From positions 1-64,000 of IMG/VR virus record IMGVR_UViG_3300036859_000816: a DNA stretch of 64,000 nt; one strand, 5' to 3'. The translations under genes were made by a program, and so were the position numbers. The notes beneath the pieces were generated by a model, which did not search any database, had not been told where the DNA came from, and saw nothing but the letters and a program-made list of their open reading frames with translations. This document shows, one piece after another, positions 47,717-56,448 of this stretch (position 1 is the stretch's first letter; each line of letters opens with the position of its first letter). This stretch comes from a virus.

Positions 47717-48351
47717 GACGACAGAGACATCTAGGTCAAGCTCCCAGCGCTGCGGATCTCCAACGCATGGGCGAACAGCGAGCTAAGGAAGCCGCTGCGA
47801 CAGCAACCAAAGAAGCGCAAGCGGCTGCGCTAACAAAGTACGTGTACACGCCGACGCGCTACGCGAAGCTATCGACGATTCCGTATCCGCCACCGGCGCC
47901 TCCGTTAACACAGCTCGCGGTGGCTGCTGCGGATCTGGCGATTGCGTCAGCGGCAAAGGTGCGCAGCGCCAAGACCCTCGATGCGGCGCAGAAGGGCGCC
48001 GGAGAAACCGCGGTGGCGACTGCCGCGGCTTTACGCAAAGCGGCTGGTGTCTCGGAGGATCCGACGGCAATCGCAGCCGTCTCGCGAGCCAAAAAAGCGA
48101 TGGGCGATGCGGCAACAGCGCTCGCCGTCTGGACCAAACAGGACCCAAAGCAGCTCGCCGACGGACTCATCAAACAGGCCGACGCCTTGCTGACGCAGGA
48201 TACCGACCAAAAGGTCAATGCGACCCAAACCGTCGTTGCGGACTCCGTTGCGACGCTGCCCGAAGGCGCGATTCGGCTGGATTGGCAATTTTGGGCCGGT
48301 TTAGCCGCAGCGGGCGTCGGAGTTGTCCTGCTCGCGCGCCGCGGTGATTGA
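47713..48351 (+). CDS. Ala-rich tail-anchored protein
   Basis: GTGA coupling, HLGQ motif, C-terminal TM plus RR. Confidence 0.75.
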   Translation: MRRQRHLGQAPSAADLQRMGEQRAKEAAATATKEAQAAALTKYVYTPTRYAKLSTIPYPPPAPPLTQLAVAAADLAIASAAKVRSAKTLDAAQKGAGETAVATAAALRKAAGVSEDPTAIAAVSRAKKAMGDAATALAVWTKQDPKQLADGLIKQADALLTQDTDQKVNATQTVVADSVATLPEGAIRLDWQFWAGLAAAGVGVVLLARRGD

Positions 48352-48487
48352 GCGCTTCAACCACCAAAAAGCGCAAAAATTTGCGCAACCTATCCCCCTC
48401 TGCGTAGGCTTGCCCTACCGCATCGTCCTAAGTGGCTCTCCGGACCGCTAGGCGCTCCCTGCAGTGACGCAGGATTGCGACCTGAAG

Positions 48488-50365
48488 ATGGCCCGACCGC
48501 TTGGCAAAACCTACCCGATTCGACCGCGTGATGTACGGACGTACGACTATACGGCGCCGCCTGGACGGCTGCGCGCGAATCCGGCGGTTACCACGATTGC
48601 TGCCATCAACGGTCCCGGTGCGTACCGAGGTCGACGCAGCGCACGCGCATCGATGGCGGGATTGAGCTCAAAGCATCGGGTCAACCGTGCCCGCACGCAG
48701 TTGAGCGCAGCACAACGAGACGCTTTTGCTCGAAAAGTCAGTGCAGCCCGTTCGGCTGCAACACCGAATCATCGGAGGAACGAAATGCAAACGAATGCAC
48801 GCAGGCGCCGTCGGCGCCGTTATGACGACAATCGTCGCCGCCGAGCGCGCCACCCGAGCGCCGCTACTACGACTACTCGTCGCCGTCGAACGCGCCGAGC
48901 AGCGAGCCCGGTCCGCCGTCGTCGCCGAGTGCGTCGAGCAGCGAGCCCGATTCGCCGTCGTAGAACCCGTCGTACCCGTCGGCATGTGCGGAATGCGTTC
49001 GTGGAAAATCGCCGTCGTCGCCGAACGCGTAAGAGCCCGGTTCGCCGTCGCCGAGTGCGTCGAGCAGCGAGCCCGGTCCGCCGTCGCCGTCGAACGCGCC
49101 GAGCAGCGAGCCCGGTCCGCCGTCGCCGTCGAACGCGCCGAGCAGCGAGCCCGGTCCGCCGTCGTCGCCGAACGCGCCACCTGACTGCCAATGTTCGCCG
49201 TCGCCGTCGTGGAACGCGGCGTTATGATGACAATGCTCGTCGCCGTCGCCGTCGAACGCGGCATCTGAGTGCCAACGTTCGCCGTCGCCGTCGTGGAACG
49301 CGGCGTTATGATGACAATGCTCGTCGCCGTCGCCGTCGAACGCGGCATCTGAGTGCCAACGTTCGCCGTCGCCGTCGTCACGTGCGCCGCGCGAGCCCGG
49401 TCCGCCGTCGCCGTCGCCGCTATAGCACCAACGCTCACCGTCGCCGTCACTACCGTCGCAACCAAGGCCTGTTCATGGAGGTCTTGCAGACCGGCGGTCT
49501 GATCACGGCGGGCATCGTCGGCCAGAAGCTACTCGCGGGCATCATCCGCAGTCAGATTCTGGATCGCGTGTTTCCGGCTGCGGCAGCTCCGGCTGCCGCT
49601 CCAGCGGCCGGATTGGGCGGCATCGAAGAGTACAACCCACTCATTGCCGGCGCACTGGCAGTAGCAGGCGGCATGTTCGTTACGAACATGGTTGTCAAAG
49701 ATACCAAAACGAAGACGCTCATCATGGGCGGCTTCGGCGCTGGGTTCATTCACAGCGCGTTGATCTTCCTGCTCGACAAGCTCAATCAGCCCGCCATTGC
49801 CGACATGTTGGCTGGTGAAGGTACCGCGGCTCGCATCTCTGCGATGTATGGCCTCGGCGCTGGAGTCAGCTTGCAACCGCATTACGCGCCCATGGGCGAG
49901 TACTTCAGTGAAGGCATGAGCGGTCTCGGAGCAGCGCCGGCACTGTATCAAGCAGCAGCTGGGATGGGTGCATACGGAGCGAATCCGGACATCTATCAGG
50001 CGGCCGCCGGATACGGCGATACGGATACGAGCTACGGCTTCGGTAACCACGTTAGCCCCTCTAGCGATCTCGAGCGTGAGCTCACCATCGCCGAAGCGGC
50101 GGCGGGTGTCGGTGCTGTGCAATCGTACGAAGCTTCGGCCGGAACCGGTGAGTACTTCTCGGCAACGGGTGAGTACTTTTCGGAACCGGGTGTGAGTGGC
50201 CTCGGTGCCATTCAGACGACGCCGGCAGCTGATACCTGGGTTCCGGGTATGGCGAATCCGCAGCTCTGGGCAGGCGTCAAGAGCGTCGGTGAGCCGCAGT
50301 CGGAGCACATGATGCTGCCCGCAGGCGTGCTCGAAACTGCAGGAGGCGCGGGCATCTTCGGGTAA
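48488..50365 (+). CDS. Arg-rich protamine-like DNA-condensing core protein with membrane domain
   Basis: Long poly-Arg repeat region, three hydrophobic helices, four GLG motifs, GEYF repeats; directly upstream of the capsid candidate. Confidence 0.75.
   Translation: MARPLGKTYPIRPRDVRTYDYTAPPGRLRANPAVTTIAAINGPGAYRGRRSARASMAGLSSKHRVNRARTQLSAAQRDAFARKVSAARSAATPNHRRNEMQTNARRRRRRRYDDNRRRRARHPSAATTTTRRRRTRRAASPVRRRRRVRRAASPIRRRRTRRTRRHVRNAFVENRRRRRTRKSPVRRRRVRRAASPVRRRRRTRRAASPVRRRRRTRRAASPVRRRRRTRHLTANVRRRRRGTRRYDDNARRRRRRTRHLSANVRRRRRGTRRYDDNARRRRRRTRHLSANVRRRRRHVRRASPVRRRRRRYSTNAHRRRHYRRNQGLFMEVLQTGGLITAGIVGQKLLAGIIRSQILDRVFPAAAAPAAAPAAGLGGIEEYNPLIAGALAVAGGMFVTNMVVKDTKTKTLIMGGFGAGFIHSALIFLLDKLNQPAIADMLAGEGTAARISAMYGLGAGVSLQPHYAPMGEYFSEGMSGLGAAPALYQAAAGMGAYGANPDIYQAAAGYGDTDTSYGFGNHVSPSSDLERELTIAEAAAGVGAVQSYEASAGTGEYFSATGEYFSEPGVSGLGAIQTTPAADTWVPGMANPQLWAGVKSVGEPQSEHMMLPAGVLETAGGAGIFG
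48785..49465 (+). repeat. Tandem coding repeats (39-bp RRAASPVRRRRRT and 84-bp RHLxANVRRRRRGTRRYDDNARRRRRRT units)
   Basis: Near-identical DNA units visible at about 49060-49380. Confidence 0.9.
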
Positions 50366-50380
50366 CCGAAGTTCACGCAA

Positions 50381-50422
50381 TCAAGCCCGGGATGTCGTGG
50401 AAAACCACGGCACCGGGCTTGA
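50381..50422 (+). promoter_or_regulatory. Long RNA hairpin upstream of the capsid candidate
   Basis: TCAAGCCCGG-GA-TGTCGTGG-AAAA-CCACGGCA-CCGGGCTTGA; no U-tract. Confidence 0.7.
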
Positions 50423-50492
50423 GGCGTTGCAAGGGCCGAGAGGAACCAGGCCTCACAAATCACGGTAGCCCGCGCACAGGAGTTCTAAAACC

Positions 50493-51248
50493 ATGGCTAA
50501 AGTTGTTACGATTCGCGAGCGCGTTCATCAGCCGTTCTGGGACACACTCGTACGCACCGCCGGTCTCGTACCCGGCACCCTCAACGATACCACCACTCTG
50601 TTCACTTCGAACGGTTCCCGTTCGGAGGCAACAACCAACCTGCAGAACGGCAGCACGTTGCCGTCGGATCAGAGTCACGTTGTGCTCGCCTTGCGCGTGT
50701 TCACGTGGTTCCGCAATCCGATTCTGCGCATTGCGGGTCAACCGGCGGGCGCGGTCGCGTTCAACGGCGACTTTAGCGAATTGGCGCCATGGGTGACGCC
50801 TGGTAGTCCGGCCTTCGGTCAGGCTCCGGGTCAAATCCAGGACGTTTACCGTCTGCACTGGCAGGCGGAAGAGCAGCTGCACTGGGACTTCGGTACCGGT
50901 CTCAAGGACTCGATCTTCAACATGCCCACCTGGTACTTCCCGGCGGGCGGTGGAATTTCGGGCGACATGGGCGGCGCGACCGACCTGATCCACTGGCAAA
51001 ACAGTGGCTGGGATGGTCACTCCGGCATCCTGCGCCTCGCGCGCGCAATCCTGCTCCCTCCGCGTCAGAACATCATCACGCGAGCGAAAATCTTCCCGCT
51101 CGAGGCCAACGGCCAAGCGATGACGTTCGGCACGACCCAGGGTTCGCGCAACATGTTGTCGCTCAAAGACAACATCAACACCGTCGACGCGATTCAGAAG
51201 GTCATTACCTTCACCTTTGACGGATTGTTCAGTCGCGACGTCCAGTAG
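50493..51248 (+). CDS. Candidate major capsid protein (single jelly-roll-like)
   Basis: QPFWDT...LF...TNLQNGSTLP, beta-rich, terminal FTFDGL; CAGGAG RBS; fold is inference. Confidence 0.6.
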   Translation: MAKVVTIRERVHQPFWDTLVRTAGLVPGTLNDTTTLFTSNGSRSEATTNLQNGSTLPSDQSHVVLALRVFTWFRNPILRIAGQPAGAVAFNGDFSELAPWVTPGSPAFGQAPGQIQDVYRLHWQAEEQLHWDFGTGLKDSIFNMPTWYFPAGGGISGDMGGATDLIHWQNSGWDGHSGILRLARAILLPPRQNIITRAKIFPLEANGQAMTFGTTQGSRNMLSLKDNINTVDAIQKVITFTFDGLFSRDVQ

Positions 51249-51304
51249 CGCCCCCGAATAAATGGTGGTGCACGGAATTATGTAGGTCGGCTATCCTTTC
51301 CGTT

Positions 51305-52690
51305 GTGAGTAATTGCAACGGAAAGGATGGGTCGATTGGCAGAAAATCAGCACGGGCATTTGAAGTTGGGGCGCGTATAGGGGAGTGGGAAGTCGTAGCA
51401 GCGATCGTTCGCGACGCTACGGACGCACAGAAGAGGAATGGACAGAAGCAGGAACAGTGCTCCGTAGTGCGTTGTCGCTGCGGTCGAGAGCGCACACTAC
51501 CAAATGGATACTTGCGCGCTGGACGCAGTCTAGGTTGCGGTTGCCGTCGTGCTGAGGGCTGGAAGAATAGGAGCCGATCTCACGGCAAGAGCCGCACACC
51601 ATTGTATCGACTTTGGGCGTCTGTTAAGCACAGGCTGATCAGAGATCGCACATACGAAGGCATTCGAATGTACGCGCCTTGGCAGCACGACTTCGAGACG
51701 TTCGAAGCATTCATTCTGAGTCTTGGCCCGAAACCCACGCCGCAACACACGCTAGATCGAATCGATCCACGCGGAGATTACGTACCCGAAAATCTGCGGT
51801 GGGCTGACAAGGCTATGCAAGCCATCAATCGTCGCCCATTTGCTACTATTCAACAGCTGAGTCATAGGTCTGGACGGACGCTAATCCATGGCCACACCGG
51901 TAGTGAATTGCACAAACATTGGTGCCACATCAAGTACCGCATCAAGAACGAAAAATCATACTCCGGAATTCGAATGTACGAGCCATGGTTGAAGGATTTT
52001 TCAGCTTTTAATGCGTACATCGAGAGCCTTGGCCCGAAACCTACACCGCAGCATTCTCTGGACCGCATCGATCCAACAGGTGACTACGCACCAGGAAATC
52101 TGCGGTGGGCGGACAAGACGACGCAGTCCGAAAATCGCCGCAATAACAAGAGTCGGCAACTCCAGACCAAGAGCATCGTCAGTGTCGGCCAGAAGTACGA
52201 CATGCTGACTGTACTGGAGCTCGTCATCTTAGAAAAGCACGGCGTCACTTGGTACGGTGCGAAGGTGCAGTGCGAGTGCGGTACGATCAAGACCGTTTAC
52301 CAGAAGCAACTGCTATCGGCACGGACGAAGTCGTGCGGATGCTTCAAAAACACGAACCTGCGGTTGGGTCACAAGGCGCTCGAAAAGCCGATTACCGTCG
52401 ATGGTGAAATGTTGAGTTTGCGCGCTTGGTCGCGCCGTCAAGGAATTTCTCCGCAAGTCATCTGGACTCGCATCCACAGGCTGGGTTGGGATCCGGCAGA
52501 AGCCGTGAAGCGCCCGCTGCGAGAGGTTAAGCAGATCGAAGTCAAGGGCGAAAAACTGAACGCAGAAGAATGGTCGGCGCGGCATGGCGTGCCGGCGCAT
52601 GTGATCGTGAAGCGGCTGGAGCGGTTCGGTTGGGATCCAGAACGAGCCGTCACGCAGCCGGTTCGTGGCTGGCGCCGAAAGGCCGCGTAG
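51305..52690 (+). CDS. Free-standing HNH-type homing endonuclease with internal duplication
   Basis: Two LDRIDP.GDY.P.NLRWAD modules, two CxCG...CGC modules, two C-terminal GWDP HTH-like repeats. Confidence 0.85.
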   Translation: MSNCNGKDGSIGRKSARAFEVGARIGEWEVVAAIVRDATDAQKRNGQKQEQCSVVRCRCGRERTLPNGYLRAGRSLGCGCRRAEGWKNRSRSHGKSRTPLYRLWASVKHRLIRDRTYEGIRMYAPWQHDFETFEAFILSLGPKPTPQHTLDRIDPRGDYVPENLRWADKAMQAINRRPFATIQQLSHRSGRTLIHGHTGSELHKHWCHIKYRIKNEKSYSGIRMYEPWLKDFSAFNAYIESLGPKPTPQHSLDRIDPTGDYAPGNLRWADKTTQSENRRNNKSRQLQTKSIVSVGQKYDMLTVLELVILEKHGVTWYGAKVQCECGTIKTVYQKQLLSARTKSCGCFKNTNLRLGHKALEKPITVDGEMLSLRAWSRRQGISPQVIWTRIHRLGWDPAEAVKRPLREVKQIEVKGEKLNAEEWSARHGVPAHVIVKRLERFGWDPERAVTQPVRGWRRKAA

Positions 52691-52838
52691 GCCCATAAAT
52701 TCACGGCGAATCCGAAACGTGCGGATTTTTTGACGGCATCCGCCGCGGGGTGACAGACTGTCAGCGCACGGAAAAAATCGTCGATTCCGATACGGCGCTC
52801 CACTGGACTGCCGATACTCCTCAGGAGACACGGACAAC

Positions 52839-53807
52839 ATGCAGCAAATCGATCTCGGTCAACTAGTCCAAGGCGTTGCCTCGGCGAACGCGAACGCGCA
52901 ACGCGCACTCAAGGCCGTCAACGAATTCTCGCAGGCAGCAGGTCCCGATCTCAAGGCGGCTCGTGGCGAAATTCGCCGTCTCATTGAGGACACAGCGGTC
53001 CTCAAGGAGGCGATGACCAAGCTCGAAGCGCAGCGCACGGGCAACCCGAAAATCCAGTACGTCGAAAATATCCCGGGTCGACGCATTCCATTTGACGCGC
53101 TCGTGGACATTCCCATCGGCGCGGGCATAACGAGCACGCAGCAAGGCACGATCACGATCTCGCAGGAAGGTCCGTTCGTGGCCGTGGCGCGCTTCGTGAC
53201 GTTGCAGTCGCAGTTCCAGTTTCAGTTCGTTGATCCCGTGACACTGGCGAAGATCAGCTTCATGGGGCGCAGCTTTGGTCGCTACCGTCCAGTGCACTCG
53301 GCATGGGATCTGTCCGATGGTCGACCCGTCGATCAAGTGTCGATGGTCGTCGGCTTTCCTGGCTCGGGTGCGCCGCACGTCATCAGCCCGAGCAATGAAT
53401 CGCCGTGGCGCAGTATGGAAGGCGACTTCCGCATTCTCTTCGTCGAAGCCGGCTCGAGCTATCCGCGCAGCAACATTGAAGTGCCGAGTCCGTTTTGGAC
53501 GACGCAGATCAATTCGCCCTTTCAGCTCGGAGCTCTGGACGTTTTTGAACGCGGCGAAGTGCTGACGTTCAAGGTGCTGCCGACGCACGAGAACAATCCG
53601 CCGTTCGGTAACATCTTCGGCTTTGGCGCACCCAACCCGAATTTCCCGTTCGTCACGAGCGGCTGGGACGCCGTCGAAGGCATCAGCGACCCAAACCGAC
53701 TGGATGCCGGAAATACCGATCCAATTACGCGGCTACCCAACGCGATCATGACCATCGGCTTCCACGGCTATCGCATTATTCAGCCGCCGGGCGGTGGTCC
53801 GTACTGA
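52839..53807 (+). CDS. Candidate capsid / minor capsid protein (N-terminal coiled coil plus beta-sandwich)
   Basis: ITISQEGPFVAV, FERGEVLTFKV, terminal IGFHGYRI; AGGAG RBS. Confidence 0.55.
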   Translation: MQQIDLGQLVQGVASANANAQRALKAVNEFSQAAGPDLKAARGEIRRLIEDTAVLKEAMTKLEAQRTGNPKIQYVENIPGRRIPFDALVDIPIGAGITSTQQGTITISQEGPFVAVARFVTLQSQFQFQFVDPVTLAKISFMGRSFGRYRPVHSAWDLSDGRPVDQVSMVVGFPGSGAPHVISPSNESPWRSMEGDFRILFVEAGSSYPRSNIEVPSPFWTTQINSPFQLGALDVFERGEVLTFKVLPTHENNPPFGNIFGFGAPNPNFPFVTSGWDAVEGISDPNRLDAGNTDPITRLPNAIMTIGFHGYRIIQPPGGGPY

Positions 53808-54616
53808 TGGCTGCCGCTGAGATTCAGACTTGGCTGCGTCAGCAGGGTATACCGGCGCAACCGGTCGCTAGCGTACTCGATCGATTTGCGAAGGTGCCGA
53901 GCGAATGCGGATCGCTACGTGTGCAATTTTCCGGTAGTTGGTTGCTGCAACTCGCAAACCATCCGACCACAACTCCATTCGAGCACAGCTTTCGCAAGCT
54001 ACCGCAGGATGGCATCTTCGCTGCCACACCCGAGCGGCCGAATATCATCGAGCTCGGATCGTTTACTGTGCCCGCAAGCATGGTGTTGCTCGTTCTGGAT
54101 TGGCGGTTTGATATTTATCGACCGAATGGCGCCATCGTCGGCGACGTCGTACCCATCGAAGAACGACGGCTCGCTCTGCAAATCGGTTGGGACGTGGTGT
54201 TCAGCGCGAAGCGGACCGCCAACCTCGAATACGAAATCACACCCGCGCCACCTACGACCGGCGGTCTGTCCGCATATAAGGCGAATCCCAACGCTGGCAT
54301 CATTCCGGACAACTTTGGCATCGCGCTGCCGCCCGCGTCACAGGTCGAATTTGATCGCATACGCTTCCTGCAGACGCAGGAGCCGAGCGGCTTAGGCGCA
54401 TCAATGCTCCCACAGCGACATCGGCGGGACGTCCAACCGCAAATGCCGTTTACGTACATTCTCGAGGAAAATCAGACCATTCAGTTTTTGAACATTGCCT
54501 TTCAGCCCGTGCCCATCCCGCTCGCCTTCTTTGAGGTGGAATTCAGCGGGCTGCTTTTGGGCTCCAATGCGTTCAAAGAGTTCATCAAGGGCTCGAATCC
54601 TTGCGTGGGCTACTGA
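53807..54616 (+). CDS. Candidate minor capsid protein (beta-sandwich)
   Basis: LGSFTVPASMVLLV, terminal VEFSGLL; TGATG coupling. Confidence 0.5.
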   Translation: MAAAEIQTWLRQQGIPAQPVASVLDRFAKVPSECGSLRVQFSGSWLLQLANHPTTTPFEHSFRKLPQDGIFAATPERPNIIELGSFTVPASMVLLVLDWRFDIYRPNGAIVGDVVPIEERRLALQIGWDVVFSAKRTANLEYEITPAPPTTGGLSAYKANPNAGIIPDNFGIALPPASQVEFDRIRFLQTQEPSGLGASMLPQRHRRDVQPQMPFTYILEENQTIQFLNIAFQPVPIPLAFFEVEFSGLLLGSNAFKEFIKGSNPCVGY

Positions 54617-54753
54617 GCCGTGAGAACCTTTCTGGAGTCGTCCGTGTCCCTCAAACGTCGAAATTGCAACGTAGTGGATCGGCAAAACTGCTACGCGCAC
54701 GTTCGCATCCGGAGTGAGGGCGCGGCCGGCTCCGGGATATATCAAGGTGAGCT

Positions 54754-55551
54754 ATGACCGCACTCGGCGCTTACTACGCGACCAAAACACTGGAACCGAT
54801 TGCCGGCTTGGGTCACCTGGGTCAAGCGCCCGAGCAGACCATGTCGGCGCTGGCCGCCAATACGATGCAGAGCTTTCTGCAGTCGATTCAGCCGCTCGGT
54901 ATCTACATTCCCTGGGCCGACCAGGTAGGCGAACACGACTGGAAGGTCGTTTCACCCGATCAGCGGTACGCCCTATATCCCGTAACGGCGGACATCTTGT
55001 CGTCCGCGGAACGGGCATCGTTCGGGCAACCCGTCGGCTTCGTTACGGTGTTGTCGGCGCATCAGCTCACTCTCGCTGATGCGGCACGTCTATTTGATGG
55101 CACGCCGTTCGAGTACTTCTCGACGGATGCATCGTACCGTGATGACGATCACAAATCCGCGCCAACGATTTACTTCGTCTACTGGGGTCGGTTGCGCGAC
55201 ACGGCGCAGACCGTCGGCAACTACAAGACGCTCGAGAGCCAAGCCAAAGCGATGGGTGTTCAGCTCGCGTTTCCCGTGTACGTCAACGTACCGGCCGACG
55301 CGACGCAACCCGCGATCGATTTCAATCTTGCGCTCAAAGCTCAACAGCTCGCGCCGACGACCGCGGCCATGCCAACGGCGATTGCGCCAACGCCAGTCGC
55401 ACCTACGGCGATAGCGCCCGCGGCTGCCGTAACGCAGAAATCATCCGGCATCCCTTCGTTGCTGTTGATTCTGGCCGTTGGCGGAGTGGCCGCTTACGCC
55501 GGCTACCGCATCATGCACGGCGGTCGTCGCAGAGCCGCCACTGTGTCGTAA
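54754..55551 (+). CDS. Tail-anchored putative virion protein
   Basis: IAGLGHLGQ, PTA-rich linker, C-terminal TM plus RRR. Confidence 0.75.
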   Translation: MTALGAYYATKTLEPIAGLGHLGQAPEQTMSALAANTMQSFLQSIQPLGIYIPWADQVGEHDWKVVSPDQRYALYPVTADILSSAERASFGQPVGFVTVLSAHQLTLADAARLFDGTPFEYFSTDASYRDDDHKSAPTIYFVYWGRLRDTAQTVGNYKTLESQAKAMGVQLAFPVYVNVPADATQPAIDFNLALKAQQLAPTTAAMPTAIAPTPVAPTAIAPAAAVTQKSSGIPSLLLILAVGGVAAYAGYRIMHGGRRRAATVS

Positions 55552-56192
55552 TGCTGCCGATCATAGCGGTATCGGGATTAGGTGCGACGCAGGCGGATCA
55601 ATCTTCTGTGCGCTGCCGAACGCGAGCGCGCCCATGGGGTGCAACCCAATCATCCGAGCCTAGCTGTCAACCGCGGCCGCAACCCTGGTCGTGGATGCTC
55701 CCACCAGCGCCACCCGCTATCTCTACACCACCGAAGGTAGCCGTTGTCCGTGCTCCGGTTGTAGTCGCCAAGCCGCCGCCGGTCGTAAAAGCAAAGCCTG
55801 CACCCGTTGTAACAGTCAAGCCTGCTCCGACCGTAGTAAAATGCGAACCGGGAATGAAAGACTGCGCATGCAGAGCAGATAGCACGTGCGACCGCGGTTC
55901 GCGTTGTGTGGCGCACACGTGTGTGCCATGCAAACTGGGTACGCATAAATGCCAATGCGATGACAATGGAAAATGTCCGGGGCGCACAAGCAAAACCGGG
56001 AAGCTCTATTGCAAGTCGGGCATCTGCAAAAAGAGAGTGCACCACGGCATCTGGCCATTTTCTTCAACGAGCTACGAAGGACTCGGTGAAGAGCCGGCCG
56101 CACCGCTTTGGGCTTGGGCTGGTATCATCGGTTTGACGGGATTCATCTTTTGGTCGACGCTCCGTCCGCCGCGCCTACCGATAGGACGCTGA
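55551..56192 (+). CDS. Cys-rich tail-anchored protein
   Basis: Two six-Cys repeats between two GLG motifs, C-terminal TM. Confidence 0.75.
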   Translation: MLPIIAVSGLGATQADQSSVRCRTRARPWGATQSSEPSCQPRPQPWSWMLPPAPPAISTPPKVAVVRAPVVVAKPPPVVKAKPAPVVTVKPAPTVVKCEPGMKDCACRADSTCDRGSRCVAHTCVPCKLGTHKCQCDDNGKCPGRTSKTGKLYCKSGICKKRVHHGIWPFSSTSYEGLGEEPAAPLWAWAGIIGLTGFIFWSTLRPPRLPIGR

Positions 56193-56193
56193 T

Positions 56194-56436
56194 ATGGCTG
56201 AACCGCAACTGGTCGTCAGTCCCCAGGACATCGAGAAGGTACTGAAAGGGGCCAAAGCGATCGGTAACCCGATGGCCATCGTTCAACGCTTTGCCGGCCT
56301 GGGCGAAGCGGAACAGCAGGCGGGTATACCGGGATGGGCTTGGTTGTCGCTGGCCGTGGGCGTCGGTGTCGTAGTGGGCATGCAACTACGGCCCGCAGTG
56401 GATGATTTTTTGCAGAACCGCGGCTTCCGCCGCTAA
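56194..56436 (+). CDS. Small tail-anchored protein
   Basis: FAGLGE then TM. Confidence 0.7.
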   Translation: MAEPQLVVSPQDIEKVLKGAKAIGNPMAIVQRFAGLGEAEQQAGIPGWAWLSLAVGVGVVVGMQLRPAVDDFLQNRGFRR

Positions 56437-56448
56437 ACTGGAGCGGCA

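Noticed and set aside
48668-49465. Minus-strand TATA/DRARC repeat ORF and other alternate-frame ORFs
   Set aside because: Shadows of the Arg-codon repeats; the plus frame has an RBS and continues into TM domains
51249-52838. Group I intron splitting one capsid gene
   Set aside because: The upstream gene has a clean stop and terminal strand, the downstream gene has its own RBS and promoter, and flanks are too short for an intron core
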